From the human T2T-CHM13v2.0 reference genome, Homo sapiens: DNA of 64,000 nt. Within the stretch, counting starts at the first letter, position 1, and every line of letters begins with the position of its first letter. The notes below the pieces were generated by a model, which was not told the DNA's origin, made no database searches, and worked only from the letters and a program-made list of their open reading frames with translations. The DNA is taken from NCBI RefSeq assembly GCF_009914755.1, contig NC_060930.1, one strand, 5' to 3'. Position numbers and translations under genes: made by a program. Shown piece by piece: positions 26,388 to 45,485 of the stretch.

Positions 26388-27719
26388 TAATAGATCTACA
26401 CATGGCAACAAGCAAGATTTTCAAAATTATAATGAATGTCAGGTATTTATTCTTGGCTTATATTTACTCAAATTCACTCTTTAAAGTGCTATCTTTTTAT
26501 TCTTCACAGGAGGAAAAGTCTATTTTCACACCCCAATGTTTACCCCTAAGGATTAGCCAAGTGCCTAAACTGTATCCATTTCATATTTCCAAAAATAGGA
26601 AATTGTGCATTGAAAAATATTGAGAGCCAGGTGAACCAGGTAATTCTAAATTTTCCCAGATAATACTTAGAATGAATTCCCATCCATAAATGTCCTTTGC
26701 TAAGTGACGTTTCATCTCAAGTGGCATCTCCATTGTAACATCCGAGTAACACAGTCTATTCAAAGAACTTCCTGAAGATATCCTTTCAAAAACTTTTAGC
26801 AGTAGGTGATGATTAATCATAATCTGTATGTCATCTGAAAATAAGTATCAAGTTTCTTAAAGAAAAATTACATATCCCAACACTACTAAACATAACTGGC
26901 TGCTAAGTTTCAGAGGGTCCATATCATTTAACTGCTTAGAGTAAGTGCAAAAAGGGAGTATTATAAATTAGGTATTGTAGTTTTGCTCTGTAAATTTAAA
27001 CCCATAATGCCATTGTTTGGCTGTTGATGTTTAAATATTCAAGCTATGACCTTGAATAAGATATCCAAGCATGGAATTTCATCATAGGATGTTGGGATTT
27101 CCAGCAGATGTTTCAAATTTGATTATTCATTGGTGGAATCCAAATCTTTTTTTTTTTAATCTGCAGTCAAATACTGGTATGGGGTTCTGTTTAGAAATCA
27201 AAACTGACTGCAGCTTTGTCATTTGGTATGTGTGAAAATAGGTACTGAAGAAAATTTTAAACATCTGATGGTATCAACGTGCAAAATTGCTGTTCCTAAA
27301 AGCTGTCTCAAACTTTCTATATAAAAGAATATAATATAAAGCCACTGTATCATTGCCCTAAACCATGTTCTAAAGCATCAGAAAATACACATGACTTTTC
27401 ATCTCTTCGATTTATTGAAAACTGATGGAATTACACCTAGGTAATTTACTCAAGATACTAGACTATGCCTTAAATAGGATGTGCCTCCTACTCATTCATG
27501 ATGACTCTCAGGGGACAAATGCTTCTTTCCTGTTTTATAAATACAGAAACACAGCTTCCTTACCTCCTTCAGTCTGTAACCCACATCTGAAATTAAATGT
27601 TTGTGATCACACTTTGAAGCAATTTGTTTCAGTAGGTTACTGATATTGCAAGGGATTCGTCCTGTAGCATGAAAAAAAAAAAAAAAAATCTACTGCCTGA
27701 CTCTGCATCCCTGACCTTT

Positions 27720-29766
<2,047 letters not shown>

Positions 29767-30009
29767 CCTTTGCTTGACTTTCTACATCCCTGTTTACTAG
29801 GCTTTCTATGACATAAAAGCTACCAAAAGAGAAACACGGGAAAAAAATATATAAGTGCTCTGGAAACAGAAATTAGTTTGATTTTTGGCTCCATTTACCA
29901 GCTAAATGACTTTGGATAAGATTCTTGGACTTTCTTAGTATCAAATTACTAATCTAGAAAAGTGAAGGGAAAGGTATATCTATAAAACATTTTTTTTTAG
30001 ATTGAGAGT

Positions 30010-30235
30010 TAACATGATACCAGGCACACTAAGGCAGACTAAAGGCTTTATATGTATTATTTCATTTAATCATCCCAATAGCCCTGTGAGAAAAAGGGAT
30101 CTATTCCCTATTTGCAGGTGAGGACTCCAAGACTCAGCAAGATTAATAGGCCCAAGGTCACACAACTAAGAAAGGACAGAACTAGAAATACCTGGGCTGT
30201 TGCACATGAAGTTTATACTCATAACCTCTGTGCCT
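30010..30235 (-). mobile_element. MIR
   Basis: tcatttaatcatcccaatagccctgtgag...gcccaaggtcacacaactaag. Confidence 0.7.
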
Positions 30236-30613
30236 CCTTGAAGGGCTATTATGGAGAAACAATGAAATAAAGTCTGTGTACTGAGCATCCCGCACAGCCT
30301 CATATATCAGAGGTACTCAATAAATGTTGCCCATTTCTCTTCTGTTTTCCCACCACTGACTAAATAAATTACCTTGGCCAATGTACTAACCTTTCTAGGC
30401 CATAGCTTCTTTTTTAAATAAGTTATGGTTCTCTTTTTTCTCATTACAAAAGCAATACATGGCTATTAAAGATCATTTGGACAAAAGATATATATATATA
30501 TATAAAACTAAAATTTGTACGGAATCTTACCACCTAAAGATAATCACCATTAATATGCAAATGTATGTATTTATACTATTTATTTTTCTATATACTATAA
30601 GAATACATAATCT

Positions 30614-30958
<345 letters not shown>

Positions 30959-31069
30959 CTATGTAATCAGTTATTTAAATAATGATGTTTAGAAACATTT
31001 TATCTCACAATATTCTTCTAAGACATAATGTTTTGTGGCTGTATCGCATTTGTGGTAATAATAATAGTA

Positions 31070-31300
31070 ATAATAAATTAGCTCAAATGTATGTTAGTAT
31101 TGTACTGAGATGTTTCACAGTTAACTTATTCAATTCTTGCAACCCTATGACATAGGTACCTTTATTATCTACATTTTACAGATAAAGAAACTGAGGCACA
31201 GAAAGATTCAGTCACTTAACAAGGTAACCCAGCTATTAAGCAGCAGAGCCAGGATTGGAACTGAGGCACATGAGCACCACAGCCCATGCTCTGGAAGGGA
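31070..31300 (-). mobile_element. MIR
   Basis: cattttacagataaagaaactgaggcacagaaag core. Confidence 0.8.
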
Positions 31301-32059
31301 TATAGCATGTTGTTTTTTATTAATCCATCCTCATTAGAAATCTGGATTGGTTCTCATTTTTTATACTGTTACTAATAGTGTTAGGTATGAGCTGGGAGGA
31401 GAAAAAAACAATAGTTTAATAAGTATGCTGCTGCAAACTTGTTAACATCTACAATTTTATCATACATCCCTACAGTTTAAATTCCTGAAATAAGTTATTC
31501 ACATTGTTAATGGTTTTGTCAAATAATGTCAAATTGCTCCCCCAAAAAATACCATACCAATTTATTCTTACAGAAAATCTTCATCAAATAACTTTTTTTC
31601 TCTGCCTTGCCAACATTGACAATTCATTTTTTTAAACTTTGTCAGTTTGATAGAATAAAATGGTACCTTTCTAGTATTTTAAATTTCAAAACTAGAAATT
31701 GTAAAGAACTTTTCTATATATTAATTAGTCATTGTTTCTTCTTCCTAGGATAAATTCGTCTATGTGCCTTCTGTCCAATTTTCTACTAGCATGTTTTCTT
31801 AGTGTTTTATGTTTATATATTAAAGATATTAATCTTTTGTTCATCATCATATATGTTGCCATTTTTTTCCAGGTTTGTTTTTTGCATTTCAATCTGTGTA
31901 GAGTTCTTTTTTAATGTATGGAATTTTCGTGTGTTCGTGCCTTCACTTCTCAACTGCAAAATATGGGAGATTAAACTATATTGTTTTTAAGACCTTTAAA
32001 ATTATAACATTGTATTCTATTTCTTTCCTAATTACTACAAACAAATAACTTATCAGGTA

Positions 32060-32670
32060 AGTATCTATCAAATAAGTTTTGAACATCTACAGTATGATAT
32101 GTACGGAGCTAGTCACTGAGGTTACAAAAAAAAAAGCACGTCTGCATGCAGTTGGTTTCTTATAGCTTACTATAGAAGAGACCAGCAAGTAAACAGACTA
32201 CTAGTATAATCATGGGTAATAAGTGTTATGACAGGAGCATACCTCAGACCTCTGGGCACAAGTGGCCTTGACTGGTTGATATCTGTGCTGAGTTCCAGAA
32301 GCAAGCAGAAGTGAGCCAGGTAAAGAAGGGAGAAGGGCCTTCTAGGCAGAGCAGCAGCATTTTATAGAGCACTTTGAATGCCAGGTAGCAGAATTTGATC
32401 TTTCTTCTATGTATTGGAAGGCCTTTTTTAAATCACAGAGGTAGTATAATCATCTTAACATTTTCATGTGGTAGTAGAATACAAAGTGGTTTAGAGAAAG
32501 GAAAAACAGGAGAGTGAAAACCAGGCCATACATTGTAGGGATGACCAAGAGAGAAGTAGCGTAGCCTGAACTAAGGAGGAGACAGGATAAATGGAAAGAG
32601 AAAATTAGATATGAAACATACTATGGAAGCAGAATCAACAAAAGTAAACCACTCAGTAGATATGAGACGA
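32060..32670 (-). mobile_element. L2 fragment
   Basis: gagccaggtaaagaagg...ttctaggcagag, gcctgaactaagg, gcagaatcaaca motifs. Confidence 0.55.
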
Positions 32671-33030
32671 GGAAGACAATAAAGAAGGAGATGTTAATCC
32701 GTGAATTTAATATGAGGTCTGTATCAGAATTTTGTTGTTTAACTTGATTCATTTATTCTGAAATTCACTTGGTAAAAATAAATACGTTTACAATAATTGA
32801 TACTACTTTGAAAAAGAATAACATTTGTGTCACACGAATATAGGAATAGGCAATAAAACATAATAGAATCCCAAAATAGGCTTCTCAATAAGTATATGCA
32901 AACATTTGGAGAATGACAGAGTTTTTATTTAGATGGTATTGGGAAAATTGACTTTCATATGGGATAAAAAGTAAGATTAGTTCTCTACTTCACCACAGAG
33001 ACAAACAAAAATTCCGTTAAAACTAATGAT

Positions 33031-33496
33031 TGTATAAGTTAGAGTAATGCTTAGTTATTATATAAATCTCCAAATTCTAGTAACTAAATAAAATAGAAGT
33101 TTATTTCTTACTTGTGTAATAGTCCAATGAAGGTGTTCTTTGTTTGGGGTTGGGGTATATGGTAAAGGCTCTGTTCCATGCAGTTATTCAGGAACCCAGG
33201 CTGACAAAGGCAGTGCCATCTTCAGCACATGGTTTCTAAGGGCATTCTTAGTACCAAACTGCAACTGACATAGAAAAAGAGAAAGTGATAAGCCATATGT
33301 GCTTGCCCTCAACTGGGAAGTGGCATACATCATTTCCATTCGTCTTCATTAACTAGAATTAGTCACCTCATCTCACCCAGAAGCAAGGGGTCCCGGGAAA
33401 TGAGACCTCTAGATGGGCAACCACTTCTCAGAGATAATGCTGTACCTTAGAAGGGAAGCACATATCTGTGGTAGACAGCTAGCTACCTTTACCACA
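33031..33496 (-). mobile_element. MLT1-type MaLR LTR (old)
   Basis: gaagtttatttcttac...cagttattcaggaacccaggctgac...gccatcttc...ggaagtggcatacatcatttcc. Confidence 0.65.
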
Positions 33497-34048
33497 AAGA
33501 CTATTCTGAATAGTAAACATAAATTCATTAACTAAATAAGGATGTAAGTGTGCCAAAATAAAATATAGGAAAATATTTTTATAATCTTGGTTGGACAAAG
33601 TCATTCTAGATAACTTAACTTCTGTGACTTAAAAATGACATGAAATCCAGGCATCTAAAACAGGAGGGGGATGGTTTTGTTTTTCCCACTGTATTTGCAA
33701 AGATTGAAGACTTATAATATCCCAGGTAATAAATGAGTGTGCTTAGAACCATGTCTATCACATAGTGAACAGTAAACATTAGATTTACTAGTACTATTTT
33801 TATTATTATTAGCATTCCTTTTTATTAGCAAGGAGAGAGAAATAAGTGTTTCCATACATTGTTAGTGAGAATTGGTACCATCATTTTGAAGGCATCTTGA
33901 TATCAATCACAAATCAAAATATGCCAAGAATTCAGTCTCAAGAAATTTAGCCTTAAATTCCTTATCCTAAAAATAAATGTACAGGACTATTCGTTTCAGC
34001 ATCATTTTAATAGCAAAACCAAAAGTAACCTAAAAATTCATTAATAAG

Positions 34049-34463
34049 TGTCTTAGTCTATTTGTTTTATAATAAAGGAATACACAAAGCTGGGTATTCA
34101 TAAAGAAAGTAGGTTTATGTGGCTCACAGTTCTGCAGGCTGTACAAAAAGCATGGTGCCTGCATCTGCTCCTGGTGAGAACCTCAGGCTGCCTCCACTCA
34201 TGGCAGAAGGTGAAGTGGGGCCAACATGTGCTGAGATCACATGACGAGAGATGAAGCAAGACATAAGTGCCATTTTCTTTTTAACAACCAAATCTTAAGG
34301 GAACTTACAGAGCCAGAACTCAGTCATTACTTCAAGGACGGTACCAAGCCATTCATGAGCGATCCTCCCCCATGACCAAAACACCTCCCATTAGGCTTCA
34401 CCTCTAACACTGGGGATCACATTTCAACATGATATTTGGAGGTCAAATATCCAAACTATAGCA
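34049..34463 (-). mobile_element. MST (MSTB-like) MaLR solo LTR
   Basis: TG...CA termini, ggctcacagttctgcaggctgtacaaaaagcatgg, ggggatcacatttcaacatga; TAAG on both flanks. Confidence 0.88.
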
Positions 34464-35939
34464 TAAGTAATTGGTTAATTAAATAAATTAGTGTCCTACC
34501 TTATATACATTTGTATTGTTTTGATATTTTACTTTATAACTTTAAAGTGTATATTTTATTAAAATTATTCAAAACTTAGCTTATAGTGAGGCCACTAGAA
34601 TAATTCAAAAAACTGGAACAAAAAAATGTGGTGGGAGAGGGGGATATAAACATCAAGAACATTGTATTTGTCGTACTTCTGATTGTCTCAGAGAGAACAA
34701 GATGAAGTGAGTTTAAAGGGAAAGAGGTAAATTTATGTTAGTTATTAGGGAAAACTTTCTGAGACTATAGAATAACTTTTAATTTACAAAAATTTTAAAA
34801 GCCTGAAGTCTCCAGACAGTTTCTAGAAGTCAAGATATACCCTCTTTGTGGCTTACTTACCTCGAGAGGGTTTATCTGTCCTTATAACTACTAGTTTGAA
34901 AGTGTTCAACCATGCTTTGTTTGATCCAGATGATTTAGTTCTTTTCATTGTGATTTTACATTGAGCCATGTTATACTTTCTAATACATGCATTATGCAGT
35001 GTAATTGTAGCAACAAAACACAGTCCATCAGGTTCAGATGTACAATTGGCCTTGCTCTAACCCAATCCTTGAGTTCACAATAGGGAAGCTTTGGATGTAA
35101 ATAATGAAGGCTTTTTGGTATTTCAGTGACTAACACCTTTTAGACAGGGTCCATGGTGATCAATTCATATTGATTTTGCTGACTAAATAATACTTGAGCA
35201 AAGTTCCAGTGGCATCTAAAAATAAGCTCTTTCACAGTCCTTATGTGTCTTAAATATCATTATGGTATTTATTTTGTTCAAATCTTTGCAGTCACCTCAA
35301 ATTTCAAGAATTCATGTGTAAATCATTCTAAGTGATGCAGTAAATTAGTGAACCTACTTCCTAATACCTTGTAAACCTATATTTCACATTTCTACTGGGC
35401 TGCTTATAATCAATAGCTCTTTCTTCACTACTTCCCAACTTGTTCTAATTTGTTTCCTTTGAGAGAGGTAGATTTTAAGAGTTCTGGATTACATGCTTTT
35501 TTTTTTATTCATGTGACTTAGAGCTCCTCCTTGTTTATTAGCAGTTCTATTTCTTTCTCTAGCCCCATTTTCTCTTGAAGCAGCCATAAAAGTACCATCT
35601 GTTTTTCAGCATCATTTTATTTCTGCTTTCTCCTCCCTGCACTTTTCTCTTCTCTGAATGCTTTATGCGATAACAATTTATTCCTGATTTATTATCCACC
35701 TGCTTTCATAGCCTCCCCCTTTCTGTTCCTCCTCCATCCCTATCCCACCCTGGATGGAGTGGTATACCATAATTCTTAAGGACACAGCTTTGGAGTCAAG
35801 TAAGGGCCAGCTCAACCACTTATGCATGTTAGTGACTTGACCACTATGAGCCTCAATTTCTTCATTTATAAGAAAGAGAAGGTTATAATATCATCTACTA
35901 CATAGGTTGGCTTGAAGAATTAAATAAAATAATGTACAT

Positions 35940-36153
35940 CAGGGTTTCTCAGCCTTGGCACTATTGACATTTGGGGCTGAGTCATTCTTTGTTCTGGAGG
36001 CTGTCCTGGGCATTGTAGGATGGTTAGCAGCAACCCTAGTCTCTACCACTAGATGCTCGTAGCAACCCCCTTCCCAGCTATGACAATGCAAAATGTCTCC
36101 AGACATTGCTAAATGTCCCAGGGAGGCAAAATTGTCCCCATTCGGAATCATTG
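35940..36153. mobile_element. MER20 (hAT-Charlie MITE) inserted in a MIR (~35750-36215)
   Basis: cagggtttctcagccttggcactattgacatttgggg...aatgtctccagacattgctaaatgtccc; 8-bp TSD ATGTACAT 35932-35939 / ATGTATAT 36154-36161. Confidence 0.9.
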
Positions 36154-37818
36154 ATGTATATAAAACATTTAGCACAGTGCCTGGTACATAGTAGGGACTT
36201 GATCAATAATTGTGATGGATGGATGGTCAGATGAATGATTGAATATTCATTTTTAATACAAGTGTCTAATATAATTCTTGACAGTCAATTAACTACTTAA
36301 TACATAAATGGATAAACAAATGAACCTGAAGCCAGTGAGCTTCAAGGGCTGTCCATAGTTTCTACCTTACACCAAAATGTGTTATCTTCACTAAAAACAA
36401 GCTTCCTATGTTTCAAAAAATATTTTAGACAATTAACTAACTGCACAGCTTAAGCTACTCCCCCAATTTAATATATATGCATATACTTTAAATAATAGGG
36501 AGATTTTAAAATAAACTCTAATGGATGATAGCTATAACAATTATGTTGCTATAGAATTCAGTGCTAGAAATTGAAGTGATCCTTTGATTAACCTGAGTAT
36601 TTTAGGTTGATATCCCAGTCAACAAGCCATTGATGTGGTAAGAGAACAAAGCTCAGCCAACTTTTAAGTGTTTTTTAATCTAATTTATCTTATTTAAATA
36701 TTTATTGAGTGCCTACTATATTTCAGGCACTGTTCTAGGTACTCAGGATACAATTGTGAACAAAACAATGATAAAACACTGTGGAACCACCATTCTATGA
36801 AATAGTAGATCACAAAAATAGTAAATACATAAATAGAAGTAAAAATAAAGACTACTCATAACTTGTAAAATACTAGCCTAGGAAATAGTCTAGGTGGTAC
36901 TGACAGCAAAATTCCAGTGGATGACTGTAACCCAACCAGAAACATTTTTGTGACTGCACTCACTGTTTGCCATTTGGTTGCTCATCTATGATTTCAGTTT
37001 ACTGAACTCTAACTTTCTCGTCTGATCTGAATTACAATGAGGGTATTAAATCAAATCTGTGGTTACCTTTGCATATTTTGGAACTTCAAACATTTAGATT
37101 GTGATTCACTGTGTGCATAATTTTTTAAATTGTCTCAAATCAACAATCTTTCTCTTACTTTTCTAGGTTTTCTCTAATGAACTAACTTTATAGCATACTT
37201 TTTGTGCTGTAGTCTAACAAACCGATAGCTGAGTTTTTTTAAAAATGAATACAATATATGCTTTTTCTGCCTCGCTTTTTTCATCTGTAAAATGGGATCT
37301 GTGGGATACCTAACACATAAAGTCATTGTAAGGATTAAATAAGGTAATGTTTATTAAAAAAAAAAAAAACCTTAGAACTGAAGAAAATGCCAAGCACATA
37401 GTAAGTTTTAAGTGTAGTATTTTCTGCACCCCTACTAGCCATGTACTTATTTCTAGTATTTCCAATATTTTAGCATAGTAAATGAGGTAGTATATCTTTT
37501 TCTTTTCTTTCTACACTTGGGAGAAAGCAGGATTACAATGAAATAAAAGCAAAATGTATGTCCAACAGGGTCATATAAGTAATGTCTGTTTGTAAACCAC
37601 TAGTCTCAGGAGTAAATCCCTCAACATGATGAAAACCAAGAGATGTGTTTGCACATAACTCTTTTTATAAAGTTTTTTTAATTGCAAAGACATAGTCGTT
37701 GTTATAAACTTCCAACATACAGAAATTAATAATTTACAAAGTGAAAAGCCCCTTTATGCATATATTCACTTCAGCTCACTCCCTTTAGAAATAATTAATA
37801 GTAATAATCAGCGTATAG

Positions 37819-38118
<300 letters not shown>

Positions 38119-38358
38119 TAGTCTCAAATTTTTTTCCTAGTCATATACTAATATATATTTCTATTAAAATAAAATCACATTGTACATACTGTTTTGCAAC
38201 TGGCCTTTATTCACTTAAAATATGTCTTTGGTGTCAGTGTCAACACATTTAGTTCCTTCTTGTTTCCAACAGCTGCCAAGAGTGGTAACTCTCTTTGGCT
38301 CTCTGGGTACTTACCCACAAAAGCACATGCATTTAGAGCTGGTGGAAAAAGTCCTTCA

Positions 38359-38624
38359 GGGCGGACACCGGTGGCTCACACCTGTAATCTCAACTCTTTG
38401 GGAGGCCAAGGCTGGCAGATGATGTGAGCTCAGGAGTTCGAGACCAGCCTGGGCAACATAGCAATACCCCATCTCTACAAAAAAATACAAAAATTAGCCA
38501 GGCGTGTTGGTGCATGCCTGTAGTCCTAGCTCCTTGGGAGGCTGAGGTGGGACACAGAGGTTGCAGTGAGCAGAGCTCATGCCAGTGCACTCCAGCCTGG
38601 GTGATAGAGTGAGACCCTGTCAAA
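38359..38624 (+). mobile_element. AluJ-like
   Basis: ggtggctcacacctgtaatc...gagtgagaccctgtcaaa; right arm has a small deletion. Confidence 0.88.
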
Positions 38625-39919
38625 GGATGGAAAGAGGGAAGAAAGGAGAGGAGAGGGGAAGAAGCCCTTTGGCTGAAACTTGCACTGCCAACAACTGACC
38701 CCCCCTCTCTCTCAAAGCACTGACCCAAAAAGGGGCACCAGCAGAGAGGCTCAGAAGATCTTCTCAGTCCACACCAGGAGACCAGACCTTTCTCAGTGCA
38801 GGGAGAAGGATGAGCTGAATGAGGAATACTCACTTATACAGCAGTTAATCCAGAGGATGACAGAAACATTACAAATGTGACATCCTTGAAATGGAACTCC
38901 TCTTTGGAGTGTGGAAGCCCAGTCATGCACAACCCACTTGGAGCAGGAAGGAAATTGTATTTGAGGATGTTAAAGTCAAGCTAACTTTTATTAAAATTGC
39001 CACAGGAGGCCATTCATCCCCACTTCACTTATCCCACTTCAAAGCCTACTTCCCATCACTCAGATGTTTACTTATGGAGTGATTAAGTTTTCTTTTATCT
39101 TTTCTATGCTTTCATCAGATGCTCTTTTTCTCTTTTTTGCTTAGAAAAGGCAGATTTTTTCAGCCTAATGTCAATATGTCAAACATTAAGTATTCATTCC
39201 CTTGCAATGCACAGTGTTTATACTTACATACCCTATTATAACAAATGTAATATTATTTAATTATGCAGCAAACTTACACATAATTGGTGAACAGGTCTAA
39301 AGAATACTCTATACAGGAAGCATAGAGTATTCAGCTTAGCTGAGGCCTTTGTTAAACAATATGCAAAGTTGCAGGTGCCACATTAGGGAATTTTGGGGGA
39401 AAGGAAATGCAAACTTATTTGGCAGGAAAACAAGAGAAATGATTATATCTCACAGCACTTTCAAGCTGGACACATTTACATGCCTCTGTCACATCACCCA
39501 GAAGCTGTGGTGTTGAGGGCTGAGGCAGGAGATCCTTTTGCCACAGGAAAAAGGATGAAACGAGAGACATTGTGAAAGGTTGCCCCAAAGTCTTAAGGCT
39601 CCCTGAAACCTTGGGTTTTTTGAACACCATTGTCCAATCTGTTGAAGGTTAAATAATACGTTGTTCAAAATTGCATAGGTAAAGCGCAGAATGGCCAAAG
39701 GGTCAGAACTACAGCAATAGGTAGGTCCCATTCTCTGCCTTTTCATTCTTCAGTCTTCGGAAATGCCACAGAGGCCAAGTGGCACTAGGTGCAGCTGGGA
39801 ATCAAGATCTGTTTATCTGTACCTTAAATAGGTCAAAGTGAACCTTTTGGAAATATTGTTTTGGTAAATAAAAATTCCTGGTCGTGCTAACTGTGGCTAT
39901 TTCGACCTGTTTCTTTCAG

Positions 39920-40095
39920 ATACCATTGTTCTTATCGCTTCAATAGCAGTTGTTTCTGCAAAAACTCAGGGTAATATTTTTGCCACGTCTGCACTCAGAA
40001 GTCTCCGTTTCCTACAGATCCTCCGCATGGTGCGCATGGACCGAAGGGGAGGCACTTGGAAATTACTGGGTTCAGTGGTTTATGCTCACAGCAAG
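39920..40095 (+). CDS. KCNQ5: KCNQ5 coding exon, probably exon 4; S3, S4 voltage sensor, S4-S5 linker
   Basis: ttctttcag|AT acceptor, AAG|gtaaga donor; 176 nt, phase 1 to 0, completes the G+AT (Asp) codon from the previous exon; [58 protein letters not shown]. Not in the ORF track. Confidence 0.97.
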
Positions 40096-40359
40096 GTAAG
40101 ATTTGCTCTCTGAATTTAAAAACACAATTTTTGAAACTTTTTCATTGATCGCTGTAATAGTTAATAAACCTGTCACAAGAAAACTTAGTCATTGCAGAAA
40201 ATGGTTAAAACAATTTTGGGACATGATGTACAATGGATTATTTAAGAGCCATCATAAACATCCAAGAAGTAGTAAAGTGAATAGAATCCTCATAGAATTC
40301 TTTTTTCCTTTTTCAAAGATTTCCCACCTCTAAAAATCTTTCATTCCTTTTATATCTAG

Positions 40360-42070
<1,711 letters not shown>

Positions 42071-44109
42071 CCCAGAACATTTGTCAGAGAGGGGGAAAAT
42101 TTGTTAGGGCTGTATTTAGCAGAACTTGTTGTATTTGTTGATTGCATAGCAGCAATAAAATGAATAAAAATGAGAAATACATTCACCTAAAGATTCGAAT
42201 TTTTTTCTTAAGTTATCTAAGTAAATGTCTACAAGATTATGCCATTGGTTTCAAAGGATTCCGTTGGTTTAATAATGTGGTTTCCGGCTGCTCTTCACTA
42301 TTCACAAGCAATAATGGGCATTTCGAAAAAGAGTGGAAGCTTGAAAGAGAGCAGTTATCTGACATTCTTAAAATACTTTTTATATGTAGAGAGCAAATGA
42401 AAATCTGTGACTCATGATGGGATAAACTGTAAACTGAGAAAACAGGAGGCTTTTCTTGCCAGCAAGGGGAAGACAGTTTATCATCCCAGCCTTCAAAGCA
42501 ATGGTTTGAATTCAAGTTTAATTTTTGCTTCTCTTGGATAATTCTAATGTATTTGACTTACTGAGGCACCCAGGTGCCCCTTTTGCCACTGAGATGCAGT
42601 TGTTGGTGAGTTTAGCCTGGGAGCTCATTATCTTTCTTTTTATTAGTCTTCCATTTCTCCTTATTACAAAAAAGAATTGCTGTATTGTGTGTTAAACAGT
42701 GTGTGGGAAACTCTTAATATACCTCTCAGTTAGTCATCAGTTTGTTTCTTTTGCCAGAATAACCCACACGGTAGGTTTTCAAAGGTCATATCTGTGACTT
42801 TCAGGGGAAGAAACATTTTCATTGATTTGCCTTTCAGTTCTGCTAATTTGACTGACATTTAACCCGTACTTAACAGGTTCCTGAATGGCCTAATTATGTT
42901 TCTATTTTTAAAAAAAATCTAGTCTTGAATATGAGAGTAAAAATTTTATAAGAGATCAAACTTCGAAGAATTTTTTAAGGCCTTATTGGTCCGTAGCAGG
43001 TTTGTTGATATTAACTGACTCATTAATGAAATTGTCTGAATCCTAAAAAGACAGAAGAAGCAAACAAACAAGAGAGCTCATTGTTTCTATTCATTTTAAG
43101 AAGAACATATACTAGATTCCTAGTGGGAAATAAAATAAATTTAGACTATTATACCTTTTATTTATACATTAATCAAGACCTTAGTGAAAATTATGGTTGG
43201 GTATTTCTTAGTTAAAATTGCGCATGTTGCACCTAATGGAAACCTTAATAACTATGGAAGTATCCAGAATAAATAGGGAAATGATAGCATCCTAAATGAG
43301 AGTATTTCTAAGTGTTACACTTTGATGAAAAAAGGAAATCCCCTATATTAAAAGATCCCACAGTATCAACATTAAGTATCAAAATATAGGTTTTGTTCCA
43401 CAGATACGCTGTGCCAGTGAATTTTCAATACTAACTCTGGAACTCCTTCCATTAAGATAGTGAGATCTGTCCCCTAGATCAACATTTGGAGGGATATCAT
43501 GGTGGGATCAGTGCTGCCCAAAAAACTTTGATCCCTGAAAGCAGTTTCATATTAGTGAATAGCAATACCTAGTTCATTGAGTAAGTGAAATAGATATAAA
43601 AGACCTGGTACCAAGAACATAGGAAGTGCCCAATCAAATATGAGAGCTATTGTTGGTGTAGACATCATTGCTGTGGAAGTTAAATGAAAGCACCTTTAAT
43701 ACAAAAGGAACAAAAAAAGAGTTATGTGTTTTGATGCAGACCCACAGTTTGAACACAGAAGAGGCTTGGGAATTGGAGGTTGTGATGAAAAGATGTCCTG
43801 GGTTCTGATGTGGCAACTAAAGTTGCATTGATGGCAGAAAATGGAAGAGGGAAGTAGCTCTAGTAGCTGAGGCACTGAGAGCTGCTGGAAAAGGGGATCT
43901 TCTGATTGTTGGATAGAGCTCCATTTATTATCATTTTCTATTGTTATTTTTCTCATTTTTGGTTGTTCCAGATTTATTCTGAAATAATTTAAGAATGGGT
44001 TTCCCTGGAGTTATTTTCTGTTATTAAATCCTTCCTGTTTTGTGGGAGTGATTTTTCTCTTTTTGATCTGCTTTAGATTTATTTTGAAATAACTTAAGAT
44101 CAGGTTTTC

Positions 44110-44151
44110 CTGCACTCCAGCCTGGGTGCTTGAGTGAGACCCTGCCTCAAA
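44110..44151 (+). mobile_element. Isolated Alu 3'-end remnant
   Basis: ctgcactccagcctgggtgcttgagtgagaccctgcctcaaa. Confidence 0.8.
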
Positions 44152-45485
44152 GACTCCCTTGGGGAGAATTATACCGTGCCACGGAAATCTACCAACAGTA
44201 TATTGTTCACCTGAACACATTAGCTATAAACTAATGTACATAGATTTACTAAAAACATAATTGTATCTTCAAAATCAGGTCAATAAATATTTGTTGATTT
44301 GTTGCCTGAAAGAAAGAAGGATTTATATCTCCTGATTTGGAATTAATTCTGCTATTGAAAAGAAAAAAAACTTTAGCCTAACCAGTGTCTTAAATTATAA
44401 TCTGACCATAGCCTCAGCCATCTCATTTAAAAAAAAAATCAAGAAAAGTCTGGACCAGAGTTTTCATTTGTTTTTCAGTATTATTTCTGAGGAAGAATTC
44501 CTGAATGCTAAACACACGAAGGTGCCCCCACTCCACCTCAGATTTTCCTAACATAATTACAACTTTATGCCAACATTTCCAACCCACAGATTTTCAGAAT
44601 GTATTTTCTTTCACCTGTGTGACTGTATTTGAGCATAGGAAACATAAGGGCCAAAATATATCTAAGCTGTTTCTATCTGCAAGACGCCTTCAAATAAATG
44701 GTCCAGCTGAAGAGATGGTACAAAATACCAGGGATTCCTGAGGCCAGCTGTGGGGAGGTAGCAGGGCAAAGCAGACCATCCCTGCCCAGATCCTCATCCG
44801 CCTTGTTACCCTGCAGCCTGAAAAGGCAGCTGCCAGCTTCTCAGTTTAAGAACTGTGGCAAGAAATGGCAGCTTCTCACTTAAGGAGAATACTACTCTGC
44901 CTAGAACTTTACTGAAAGAGATGGTGGACATTTTTGTCACTTGTAATTTGTTTTTAATTTTAAAAAGTAAATTCAAAACGTCATGACCTTACCTATGATA
45001 TTATAAAGATCATACTCAAAAGTCACGAGTATGAATCACAGAAGATTTTTATAATAAAAATGTAATCTATCCAGTGCATGTTCACCAGCATATCTCTTAC
45101 AAGCTCTGGAATGAGGAAAAAAAATGGAATTATGTCCAATATCGTGATGTAAAGATCCATCTCTCTATTCTCCTGCTTCTCATCTCTTACACACACGTAT
45201 ATATAAGCAAAATGTCACGCTCACATGGGTGTGGGAAATCAAAGCTCACGAAACACTATTTAGTTTACTTGCCCACTTATGTAAATATTGTATTTGTTTT
45301 AGAATAGAGTAGAAGCTCTCAGAACTTATTTCCTCTTCACTGACTGGCCAGATTAACCAACACTCCTCACTCCCACAAAACATACTGAGGCTTGCAGAGC
45401 ACAAAATGCTCTTTAGTATCCACAGAATTCTGTTCTGAACATTGTTTGAATGCTTGCAAAGAGTCAGCATGTTCATTACCAAACC

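Noticed and set aside
26211-26424. YLSI-repeat ORFs
   Set aside because: Translation of the (TATC)n STR
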